Shown here piece by piece: positions 63,897 through 64,000 of a DNA stretch of 64,000 nt. The notes under the pieces are model-generated. The model saw nothing but the letters and a program-made list of their open reading frames with translations. It was not told where the DNA came from and made no database searches. The stretch covers positions 186,001-250,000 of the forward strand of contig JAPDFW010000081.1 of NCBI GenBank assembly GCA_028826165.1, in the 5' to 3' direction. This DNA comes from Anaeramoeba ignava BMAN (taxonomy: Eukaryota; Protista; Anaeramoebae). The position numbers were made by a program, and so were the translations under genes. Position 1 is the first letter of the stretch, and each line of letters begins with the position of its first letter.

Positions 63897-64000
63897 CTAA
63901 ATAATTTATTAAAAAGAAGAAACGGAAAAAAGATTAATTTTTTATTTTGATTTTGATTTTAATTTTGATTTTAAATTTACTTTTTTTGGAATAAAATATC

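Overview
Very AT-rich, gene-dense, intron-rich eukaryotic DNA with about 25 protein-coding genes, GT-AG introns mostly 55-110 nt, and micro/minisatellites inside introns and intergenic regions. Gene content and composition resemble an anaerobic protist such as Anaeramoeba, which is an inference. No rRNA, tRNA, CRISPR array or clear transposon was seen. The main finding is an ankyrin-repeat/pseudokinase gene (10260-16245). Each 33-aa ankyrin repeat is split into a 96-nt exon plus a separate 3-nt exon, giving eleven AG|NNN|GT single-codon microexons at the same variable beta-hairpin position. Other notable items: an epsilon-like tubulin with a ~255-aa in-frame QN insertion, a tandem two-domain thymidine kinase with degenerate Zn sites, a signal-peptide arginine deiminase missing its catalytic-Cys exon, a ~2300-aa CH/multi-PH-like protein, a ~155-bp satellite, a 2.6-kb 11-bp satellite filling a divergent promoter, and four +1 frameshifts that are probably assembly indels. 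All gene models were built by hand from splice signals and frame continuity, with no RNA evidence.
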